Below are positions 10,935-22,000 of a stretch of DNA of 64,000 bases, one piece after another (position 1 is the stretch's first letter; every line of letters starts with the position of its first letter). Source of the DNA: Massalongia carnosa (taxonomy: Eukaryota); assembly GCA_965645245.1 (NCBI GenBank), contig OZ287080.1, positions 310,001 through 374,000 on the forward strand, in the 5' to 3' direction. Under the pieces are notes generated by a model that searched no databases, was not told where the DNA came from, and saw only the letters and a list, made by a program, of their open reading frames with translations. The translations under genes were made by a program, and so were the position numbers.

Positions 10935-12618
10935 ATGGGGAGCTCTTTTGTCGTGCCCAACGACGCCCCCCCCGATTCACTACACGAGCACCGTCACTTC
11001 CTCACCAATGTGCTTAATAACTTAACTAACTGCGAGGCATATCAGAAGCAAAGACCTATGAAGGTTCAGTCTTACACCCCGTTACTCTCCAGTATGCTCA
11101 GCCTACTGGAGAAGATGCGCAACCAGCCCACAATGGATCAGCTCCAAGCTACCATCAACCAAATAAAGAACACTACAGAGCAAACGCTCACTAAAGTCAC
11201 CTATGTCGAGCGCAAGCAAGACACCGCCCGCACAACACCCACTACCTCCTCCGCGGCCACTACTGGCTACAAGAGGACGATAACCTGGGCAGAACGGGCA
11301 GCCTTTGCTGCCTCCAACGATCTCTACGCTTTCGGGGACGTCCATCCCCGCTCCTATACTAGAAGAGAAAGCTCGTGAAATCGTCGTCAAACTGAACAAC
11401 GAAGCCATAGCAAAGGATCTGGCCAAACTGGCCTCCTCAGCGCTCAAAGACAGAATCAACGCGGCAATATCTAACGCGTTAAAGGATCATAACAACACGA
11501 GAATTCCGACCAATCAAAACGCTCCCGCCCCCCCTATTTCCAATGGCACAGCCAAGGCAGCAGCCGTAGCAATAGCAGCAAGGGTCCTCCCTAGCGGAGA
11601 CCTACAGGTAATAGTCAACAACGCCTCAGACACGGAACGCCTAAGAAAAGACACCCGATGGGCCATCAGGCTATCGAGCAAAGCTACTATAATACAGCCA
11701 AGCTTCGGCTTAATCGCGCACTTTGTACCGGCTAATCTAAGCATGACAGACATCAAGGAACGCCTCTGGGAGGAAAATAAGTCACATATGCCCGTTAGGA
11801 ATAGGGTAACAGGAGTAGAATGGTTGTCCCGCACGAGTAAGGCAGGAGCCACAGCTAGATCCATGGTGGTATACTTTGAGAACGAATTAGACTGCAATGC
11901 CATTTTGGCCTCGCAGCTATATTTGGATGGGAGATCTTTCGCGGTGGAAAGACATGTTCCGGAGGCCAGGCTTAGGCAATGTTTCCGGTGCGGTAAGTAT
12001 GGTCACACGAGCCATGCTTGCCGACAGAAGCATCAAACATGCTTCAAATGTTCCGAAAGTCACCACATGACCGATTGCAAATCGGTCACTCTCAAATGCA
12101 ATGCGTGTGGCAAGGAAGGCCACGGGGCAAGCGCAGAGTCTTGCCCGGAGCGAAAGAAGGAAAAGGCCCGAATGAAGCGGGCCAAAGAAGAAGCTCTCCC
12201 CTTCTGGCCTCTCAAGGCCTCCTCAAGGGAGACCCTAAATGGTCAGGAACAAGAACGGAGCAGTCCGCCGGCATCGACCACGCCGACGGTCACGACAAGC
12301 AGTGAGGTGACCCCAGCCTCAACCCAGGTGGAACAGGGCCCTCGAACGGGCTCTGTACGAGAGAAAGATTGGCAAACCGTGCCAACTCTGCGCAAGGGGA
12401 AGAAGCGGGCGCATGGGGAGGTAGAGCCCCTGGCAGACAACCCCAGTTCTACCAACAGGAGCATGGCACAAGCAGCTTCTAAGAAGGGAAAGAAGAAACC
12501 CTCCTCGAAGGCTGTGGAGGTCTTGAGCGATAAGGAGAACGACGATAGTTCTTCAATGACCACCAGATCGGCAACCCGTCGCTTGCAGCCCAGTACTCAG
12601 ACAGAAGAGGAACTATGA
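10935..12618 (+). pseudogene. LINE ORF1 (gag-like, three zinc knuckles), one frameshift near 11320
   Basis: CFRCGKYGHTSHAC, CFKCSESHHMTDC and CNACGKEGH...C. Its stop overlaps the ORF2 start (ATGA, 12615-12618). Confidence 0.85.
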
Positions 12619-15600
12619 GTGAATACACCCACTATCTGTCCATACTTCAGTACAACTGCAACAAATCTAAGAACACTGTCATGGCGGACTTCCTTCGCAG
12701 GGAGGAAAGCATGAAATACGGCATCCTGGCCATCCAGGAACCCTGGGCGGGGAACCCCTATCAACACACCACGCACAATCCGGTCAAAAATGTTTTCCAC
12801 CTTCTCTATCCCCCCGAAACAGGAGAACAAGAGCTCCCTCCGAGAGTATGCATGTTCGTCAACAAAGACATAGCAAGCGCCTCTTGGAAGGTAACCTTCC
12901 ACTCTCCCGATCTGATGACTTTGCACTTGGAATTTCCTGGCGAAACCCAGCGAGTCATCAATATCCATAACATCTACAATCCCTCCCCCTCTCAGGGAAA
13001 CTACAGCACCTTGCCAGACCTAAGCAAGGCGCTAGAGGTGGAGGGAGAACACATAGTGGTAGGGGACTTCAATCTTCACCATCCCCTATGGACTGGCGAA
13101 GACTACCATCATCAACATCCGGAGGCAGACCAACTACTGGAGATTCTCGATCATAGCGAGCTAGAACTTCTGCTCCCCCCTGGCACCATAACATACGATC
13201 ATAGATCAGCACAGAGCACGATAGACTTAACGTTCGCAACCCCCGCAGTGGCTTCAGCCGTACTCATGTGCGATGTGAGAAGAGAGTTGGATTGTGACTC
13301 AGATCACTACCCCATTGGCACAGCATTCGATACCACCACAGTTAAGAGGGCCATAAGGTCCTCTCGCATGTGGTCTAAGACTGATAGGAAAAAGCTACTA
13401 GACACGATGACAGACAAGCTCCCGGCACCTAGGAGCGTGAGCACAGTTCAAGAACTCGACAACTTGGCCCATGAGTTAGTTGAAGCTATCCAGCAAGCAG
13501 TGGAGACAGCAGTCCCACTTTCTAGAGGGTGCAATCATTCAAAACCTGGCTTTACCCCGGAATGCAAAGAGGCAGTCACCCTATGCAGACGTCTCAGGCG
13601 CAAGCATAAGGAAACGCGCTCTCTGGAAGACTGGGAAGCCTACCGAGAGGCGAGAAACAGCAAAAACAAAATCGTTCAAAAAGCTCTTAAGACAACACAT
13701 AGGGACAGGGTAGAGGAGGCCACCAGCACTCCAGATGGTCTCTGGAAGCTTGCGAAATGGGCTAAGAACAGGTCGACCCCATTCCAAGCCTTCACCCCAA
13801 CACTAATGAAAAGCGATGGCTCCAAAGTGACGGAGGCCTCGGGCAAGGCTGAACTGCTTCGCAGACAGTTTTTTCCTATCCCGGACGCGACCAATCTTGA
13901 AGACATCGCCGATTATCACTATCCAGAGCCAAATCCAATTTGCTCCCATCTCAGCTCGGGAAATAACTAAAGCCATCACAAAGGCAGCACCACTCTCGGC
14001 CCCAGGCCCCGACGGACTGCCTAATAGAATCCTCAGAGATGTGTTACCGCTCATCATGCCCACACTTGTAGCTCTGTATAACGCCAGCTGGGAACTGGGT
14101 CATCACCCCAATGCTTTCAGAGAATCCACCACGGTGGTTCTCAGAAAACCAGCTAAGGCCGACTACAGTTTGCCGAATTCATACAGACCCATAGCCTTGC
14201 TCAACACTTTAGGTAAGACTATGGAGAAGATCATTGCAACCAGAATCAATCACGCGGTGGAGACCGAGAGCCTACTCCCCAGACTCCATATAGGCGGCAG
14301 GCGAGCTAGATCACCCGAACACGCCCTCCATCTGCTTCTAGAGGCCATCCACGCAGCCTGGCTTAACAACGAAGTGGCCACAGTGCTCATGCTGGACATC
14401 TCGGGTGCTTACGATAACGTATCCCACGAAAGACTACTGCACAACCTACGGAAGAGAAGAATAGGCGGCAACATAGCTAAATGGATCGAAAGCTTCCTTC
14501 AGGAAAGGAAAACGACCATCGCCATGCCCGACTACACCTCGCAACCATTCACCACGAACTTTGGAGTCCCTCAGGGATCCCCTATATCTCCTATTCTTTA
14601 TCTCTTCTACAACGCCGACCTCATGGAAGAGGAAGGGCCCAAAAAGATGAACCTGGGCTATGTCGATGACATATCCAAACTAATTATTGGAACTTCAGCA
14701 GAACAGAACTGTAGAAATCTCGAAGCCTCGTTCATGACGAGAGAGCAGAAATGGGCGGACACACACGTCTCCAAATTTGCCCCCGCCAAATTCCAGCTCT
14801 TGCACTTTATCAAAGGACCCTCAGAGACGGATTTGAACCCCCCAGAGAGAGCTATCTCCCTAGCGGGCAAAACCATCAAGCCACAGCATACCGCCACCTA
14901 CCTGGGCGCCACATTCGACGACAAGCTCAAATGGCACGCCCATTTAAGGAAACTGGAAGCCAAAACCTCAAAGAGACTGGGGGCCCTAGGCAGCCTTGCG
15001 GGCTCCACATGGGGCACCAGTCTTGCGAGCCTTCGAAGGATCTATCAAGCCACCATACTACCGCAACTCACTTTTGGATGCTCTGCATGGTATGTTCCCG
15101 AGGGTGGATACGGGACTATCACGCAAGCAACCGCCGTGCTCAAAGCCGTCAGATCTATTCAGCGACGGGCGGCACTGATCATTTCAGGGGCATTTAGAAC
15201 AACCTCGGGCCCGGCCTTGGATATGGAGCTTCACCTCCTGCCTGGCCGGCAACGCATGGAGCAGGCAGTGAACGAGTCACTACTGCGCATACGTTCAAGC
15301 CCCCTTTACGCCATAATACGTGAGATCCGCGCCTGGACAAGCCAAGCGGACTCCCACTATCGATACTGGAGCCCTCTAGCTAAGCTAGAGTCCCGCTTAA
15401 TGACTTCGGGGAAATGCCCTCAACCCTGGCCGTTAGAGGTCATTCTTCCATTCATAGTGGAACCATGGTGGTCTCCCCCCGAAACGCACATTGCTTCCAG
15501 TAAAGAGGAAGCAATCAAAGAGCATGACAAGATGACATCAGAGCCGAACCAAATAGTCATATACACGGATGGGAGTGATAACCCCTTCGGAGTTGGTGCG

Positions 15601-16470
15601 GCAGCAGTCATCCCCAGCGACAACACACGGGTAGGAACCCGCCTCGGAACGAACAAAGAAGCCACAGTTTACCTCGCGGAACTAGTGGGCATCGACCTGG
15701 GACTGGCGGCGGCTATTGCACGATGGCAAGGGGAGATAATAACGGTTTTTGCAGATAATCAATCAGCCATCAAATCAGTAGCCGACCCCGGAACTCAATC
15801 AGGTCAGTTCATACTACGCGAGATCATTGGAAAAGTCCACGCATGCCGGGAGATGCAGGCCAGAGTCAGACTCTGCTGGATACCTGGGCATATGGGAGTA
15901 GAAGGCAACGAGATAGCAGACCAAGCAGCAAAAGAAGCATCAGGCTGGTTAGAACATGGCCAGAGTCCCTCCATCACCCACTTCGACTTCCTCGGACACA
16001 CAGTGAAGTCGGCGATAAAACGCAACATGAGGACAATGATCAGCAAAGAATGGGCTGGGGATTGGGAGGCAGAAAAACGCGGACAGATGACGAAAAAGCT
16101 CCTCCCCCAGCCCACTAACAAGGTCTTGCAGCTCTACCAGGGGCTTCACAAGTCAATGAGTTCCACCCTGGTGCAGATGAGAACAGGTAAGATTGGTCTA
16201 CGCAAGTATCTCTCAGATATAGGCCGCACCGAAACGGGCGAATGCCCATGCGGCTTCGGTTATCAAACAGTTCACCATGTGCTTCTGGAGTGCGTCAGGC
16301 ACCATCGATTGCGCATGGAGACTATCTGGATAGGCCGGAAGGTGTTCGATCTCCAAGAAATTTTTAGCACCCCCAGACTGGCCAAGGCAGCATCCAAATT
16401 CATGCTATCCTCACGTCTCCTCGGCCAATTTGGAGACGTGAGGATAGCAACCGAACAATCCACGAGTTAA
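12615..16470 (+). pseudogene. LINE ORF2 (APE endonuclease, RT, RNase H, CCHC), one frameshift near 13940
   Basis: Motifs GDFNLHH, SDH, APGPDG, GVPQGSP, YVDD, YTDGS, WIPGHMGVEGNEIAD and CPCG...HVLLEC. Confidence 0.93.
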
Positions 16471-16810
16471 CGGCAGGCCGGCTCTTGTTTTACCCCGCTC
16501 ACAGAATAGTCTCTACCATGGTAGGGCTTGCATGTATCAACACCAAGCACAGGGGCCCAGGAGGGTGGCGTTGGAGTTCTATTTATCGATTTGTCTCAAG
16601 CGGTTTGTCTCTCTGTTCGTGTCTTCTTTTCCCTCTTCCTTGCATTCACAACCCCTCGTACAGCTAAAAGAGTTTTTGTATTTTTTGTACTTTCAGCGCT
16701 TAGTGCAGCAATTCTGCCCTCAGCAGACTTAGATACCCATCCCCTAGGACACCCCCCGATGTAGTTTAGCACTCCCGCATAAGGGCCTTCGGCCCTTGGA
16801 TCGGTGTATG

Positions 16811-16834
16811 AATCAATCAATCAATCAATCAATC
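16811..16834 (+). repeat. (AATC)6 LINE 3' tail
   Basis: Six tandem AATC units directly after the LINE 3' UTR. Confidence 0.9.
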
Positions 16835-16913
16835 ATAGATCAATACCTGAAATTACTAGACATTTCTACCTAATTTGAGGTACCTTCCTATTATCTCTAT
16901 ACATACATTGATC

Positions 16914-18706
16914 ATGTCTCGACAATCTGGACATTCTGGCGGTCGACCGAAAAATGCATTGGTAGATGAGAATTTCGTTGATGTCATCATTGAAGGCATG
17001 AAATACCCTCAGCATCGTTGTACGCATTGCGGATATCAGTCTGCCAAAGTTGCTACCAGGGGTCAGCAGCATTTGCAGACATGCAATGCCTTTCAAGAAG
17101 TGCAAGAAAGAAGACAGCAAGAGACGTCTTCTAGGAGCAGCAAATCTTTGATTCAATTGCCCATCACCCCTTTGATTCGTCCCTTAAATCAAGCCCAAGT
17201 TGCGCATGCTCATCGCGCTGCTGCAATGTCCGTCTTTATGACCAATCTTCCGTTTAACCACTTCGAAAATCCCTATGTGATTGCTCATCATCAAGCACTG
17301 CATCCTGGATATAAACCTCCACATCATAAGCTCGTTGGCGGGAAATTATTGGACGAGTAAATCAGCAGTTAGATGCCTGCAGTTATCTCAACTTCTTTAC
17401 CGACGAAACGGCCAACATTAAGAAGGAACGGGTTATTAATCTATGTTGTCATGTCCCTTCATCAGCTACCTCTCGAGGGGGGGCTTTCATTTAAAAGCAA
17501 TGGCCGGCATCGCTGAGACGATGACTGCAGCTGTTCAAGCTGAGTGGATGATAAAAGGCTGTAGAGAAGCGACCAATAATCAGCTCTGGAGAGTCACTTG
17601 TATAGGAACAGATACTTGCTCTATTATGAAGGCCATGTGGTCTGAAATTCGAAAGTTTCCTGAGATAAGACACGTCTTTTTCGTTCCTTGCGACAGTCAC
17701 GGTTTACAGCTTCTTTTGGGAGACATTTTGAAGCTTCCTTTTTTTGCAGACATCATGCAAAAAGCTCAATCGATAGTGATAGCTTTTCGTGGATCGAATA
17801 AAGAATTGGCCATTCTATGGAATTTTCAGATGAAGGTAAGTAGGAATGAAATTTCAATGCGGCATCAAAACGTCATTGCTAATTTATAACTTTCAAAGGC
17901 ATACAATCAACGTCAATCACTGATTCTCAACGTTTTGACCAGATGGGGTACGACTGTAGGCCTTTTGAACTCGGTGCTAAAAAGCAAGCAGGCAATTTTG
18001 GATTATTTTCAGCAAAATGCTCCGGGCATTGATCAGGGCAGAAGTCATCCTTTAGGAACATTCGTCAACGACTTCTCGTTTTGGAAAAAGCTGGCCATCG
18101 TACAGAAAATTCTTGATCCCATACATAAAGCACAATAAATGTCCGAGGCCGAGGGGCATAAACTGTACGCGGTGACTGCCAATTGGAACAGGCTTCGATC
18201 TCACCTATATACAATGGCCAAAGAGGATGAAGATTCTGAGATGGATTTGCATCACATTGCAGAGATAGTTTGGGAAGATCGATATCTCAGTCAAATAACT
18301 GAACTTCATGTGGTAGCAGCTCTGTTGGTTCCTCAGAATCATAACATTCAGGTGATTGGAGTATCCACGTCGCAGGCATTTTTCTCTATCATGCATAGAT
18401 TCTTTGCTGAATATCTGAACGTTGAAGAAGCAAAGTCGGCAATGAAGCAATGGCTTTCTTTTCGAAATCAAGAAGACGGTTTTTATCCTGCCTCCGAATG
18501 CTGGACATATCAAACGGATTCGGAGCTGTTTTGGAACTTTTCCAGAAGCTTTGCTTTTGATCTCAGCAACATAGCTAGAAAGGTAATAATGCTGCCTGCT
18601 AATTCGGTGCTGGCAGAAAGAAATTGGTCGGTCATGAATTTGATCATGACCAAAAGTCGGAACTCTCTACATTCCATCAATGTCGATAAACTCATGTTTA
18701 TTTACA
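16914..18706 (+). pseudogene. hAT transposase pseudogene (BED finger, DUF659-like core, dimerisation domain)
   Basis: CTHC...HLQTC, TDET, GTDT, CDSHGLQL, TRWGT and AERNWSVMNLI...RNSL. Has stops and frameshifts, a probable intron at about 17836-17898, and is cut off after KLMFIY. Confidence 0.85.
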
Positions 18707-19058
18707 CTAGTAGAGTAGGAGATACATAAAATTGTACGCAAATTGCTAACAAAATAAAGTATCTTTTCCCCACTTTCTATCTTCCCGCTTCTTCCGCCCG
18801 TAGCTAATCCCTGTGTCTGTCAGTTGGGCCAACTGACACGTATTAAACACTTCCCGATCGGGTTAGTCAATAAACATGTTTAATACATAAGCCTGGGCTT
18901 GACATATTCAGCCTTATGTGGATATCATTCAGCCCATTCAGCCGCGCAACAATAACAGCTTGACTGATGCTTTCTGTACCACTCATTTCCAAAGCCAGCC
19001 TCTGCACATTTCCTACCAGGCTAGTTGTAAATGTAGAAGAAAGCTAGGACCTTCTATC

Positions 19059-22000
19059 ATGCCAGATAAAGATTTATGCCTATTATCTCTTGATGGCGGT
19101 GGAGTGCGAGGGCTATCGTCACTCGCAATCCTCAAGCGACTGATGGAGATCATCAATCCGGATGCGCCGCCGAAGCCATGCGAGTATTTCGACATGATCG
19201 GAGGGACAAGTACCGGTGGATTGATTGCTATCATGCTAGGTCGTCTTGAGATGAATACCGATGAATGTATCGATGCCTATGTCGCATTGTTCGATCAAGT
19301 GTTTAAAAAAAAGCCGCATCGTGTCACAATAAACGGACACGTGCAGGGGAGATTCGACACGGAAGAGCTGGAACGGTCGATTCGAGAAATCGTAAAGCGG
19401 AAGGAGAAGGCAGGGGAAAATGCTCTCCTCAAAGGATCAGAGAATCAGCAATGCAAGGTGTTAGTGCTTCGAAAGTTGCATTTACACGTATAATTCAAGT
19501 GATACTAATGAAAGCTAGATTTGTATGCGCTCTGAATAAAGAGACTGCCGACACAGTCCTTTTCACATCGTATCCTTCTCGAGGATCATCAGATATGTAC
19601 CATAAAACACGAATTTGGGAGGCAGCTCGAGCCACATCTGCCGCATCATCCTTCTTTGCTCCAGTTAAAATTGGCCAGTTTGAAGAAGAATTTGTCGATG
19701 GGGCTGTGGGGGCTAACAATCCTGTCGCACATCTTTGGAACGAGGCCAAAAGTGTGTGGTCAGATGAAGCGCTTGAGGGAAACATTAAATGCCTGATATC
19801 TATCGGTACCGGTGTTCCATCCTTGGATTCTTATGGCTCAAGCCTCTTCGAGATTGCAAAAACGTTGAAAGACATTGCAACAGAGACAGAAAAAACAGCG
19901 GAGTCTTTTCATCGAGCGCATTCAGATCTCGATGATGGGAATCGCTACTTTCGTTTCAATGTTTCTCATGGGCTTGAGAATATTGGACTCGAAGATGCAG
20001 CACAGAAGAACAAGATCATGGCCACCACAACCCGCTATGTAGCTTTGGAAAGCGTGATGAAACAAATGAAGCTGTGTGGAAATAATTTTTCAACACGAGA
20101 ATGTGCGTCAATGTTGGCTTGATAATTCTTGAGTTACTAAATCCTTGAATAGACACTGGTTCATATAAAGTGCCATTCAGTTTGAAAGGCTTACCCCGTG
20201 TACCCAAATTCATAGCTCGTGATCAGGAGATGAATGACCTTAAGGAAAACCTTTTTCCCAAGCCAACTCGTGAGACTCGCCGGAAGGTGTTCGTTTTGCA
20301 CGGACTTGGCGGCTCCGGCAAGACTCAGCTAGCAATCGAGTTCGCTCAAAGATCACAGAAGATTTTTAGTTCTATTTTTTGGCTAAACGGCGATAGCAAG
20401 GAAAGTGTACGTCAAAGTCTTGCACAGATTGCTCAGCAATTGCCCAAAGATCAGATACCGGATTCATGTAGAAAATTCTCTAAAATATCCCCTGAAGAGC
20501 TAGATGAAATTATTCGCAATATTCTTATTTGGTTCAATCAACATGAAAACAATCAATGGCTTCTCATTTTCGATAATGTCGATCGTGATAATTCTCCTGA
20601 GGTAAATGATCCTCAATCATATGATGTGGAAGATTTTTTCCCGGGAGCCGATCATGGTTCTATTTTAATCACAAGCCGATTACGACAGCTTCGACAACAC
20701 GGGCAGGACCGGCAACTTGGAAGGATGAGCGATCTACAAGGAGCAGAAGTATTACGAAGCAGGATAGGACGATCAGTTGAAGGTAATGAAATTCAAGCAA
20801 CAGTCTTAATCCAATTTACTAAGCATTATATAGGCCTTGATAGGATCGTCGAGAAAGTGGGTGGTCTCCCACTTGCACTTGCTCATGCAGGCTCCTATAT
20901 CCACGGAACGACTACAAGTGTGAACGACTATATTCGATACTATGAAGAGACTTGGGAGAAGCTTCACAACAACAAAACGACCCGATTAAAAGATTATCCT
21001 CGTAGCATTGTATCTACGTACACCATTTCCTATGAATATGTGAAACGCAATGACGCGAGCGCTGCAAAATTGCTTAATCTGTTTGCATATCTCGATCATT
21101 CAGATTTATGGTATTCTTTATTCGCACCAGTACTTGACGAGAGCATTATCTCAAAAGAGACATTACCTATCTGGTTTTCATGTAGCATGAAGACGGAATT
21201 TGATTTTACACAGAAGATTCAAATACTGCTGGATTACTCCTTGATAGAAACACGATATGAGAACTCATCTTATGCGATTCATCCAATTATACATGACTGG
21301 TGTTTTCACTTGAATCTAACCTCTAACGACGAGATAGCTTCTTTAGCAGTTTCTGTAATCGGTTCCGCATGTCATTCCACTGGTAGTTCAGCAAACTGGC
21401 TGCATCGAAAACGACTGGCTGGTCATTGTAGTTATGTTCACTTCTGGATTGGAAAAAAACCTCAAAATCTCGAAAGGAATATGAGATGGGAACAGGTATT
21501 ATATTCTTCGTATCATGCTATTGGCTATTTTTCAACAGACCAAGGCAAGCTGAACGAGGCCGAAGATATGTATCTGCGGGCATTGACAGGAAAGGAAAAG
21601 GCCTGGGGTCCTGATCACACATCAACGCTCGCCACAGTCAACAATCTAGGGCTTTTGTATGCAGATCAAGGCAAGATGAACGAGGCCGAAGAGATGTATC
21701 TGCGGGCATTGACAGGATACGAAAAGGCCTGGGGTCCTGATCACACATCAACGCTCGACACAGTCAACAATCTAGGAATTTTGTATAAAAATCAAGGCAA
21801 GATGAACGAGGCCGAAGAGATGTATCTGCGGGCATTGACAGGAAAGGAAAAGGCCTGGGGTCCTGATCACACATCAACGCTCGCCACAGTCAACAATCTA
21901 GGGCTTTTGTATGCAGATCAAGGCAAGATGAACGAGGCCGAAGAGATGTATCTGCGGGCATTGACAGGAAAGGAAAAGGCCTGGGGTCCTGATCACACAT

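Larger units (their letters stand above)
10771..16835 (+). mobile_element. Full-length Tad1-like LINE
   Basis: ORF1 and ORF2, a 3' UTR hairpin AAGGGCC-TTC-GGCCCTT (16781-16797) and an (AATC)6 tail. The 5' end is approximate. Confidence 0.92.

Noticed and set aside
1..16470. All single-base frameshifts being sequencing errors
   Set aside because: Cannot be excluded individually, but the NLR, the Copia ORF and Gypsy C pol run 4-6 kb each without indels, so a high general error rate is unlikely.
18706..18760. Helitron 3' end on the minus strand (A|CTAG at the hAT break)
   Set aside because: The junction fits an A|T insertion, but no GC-rich subterminal hairpin lies near the CTAG and no Rep/helicase was recognised nearby.
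18918..20170. Patatin ORFs (18918-19493, 19451-20122) and the NB-ARC ORF (20170) as three separate genes
   Set aside because: Canonical introns join them in frame into one protein.
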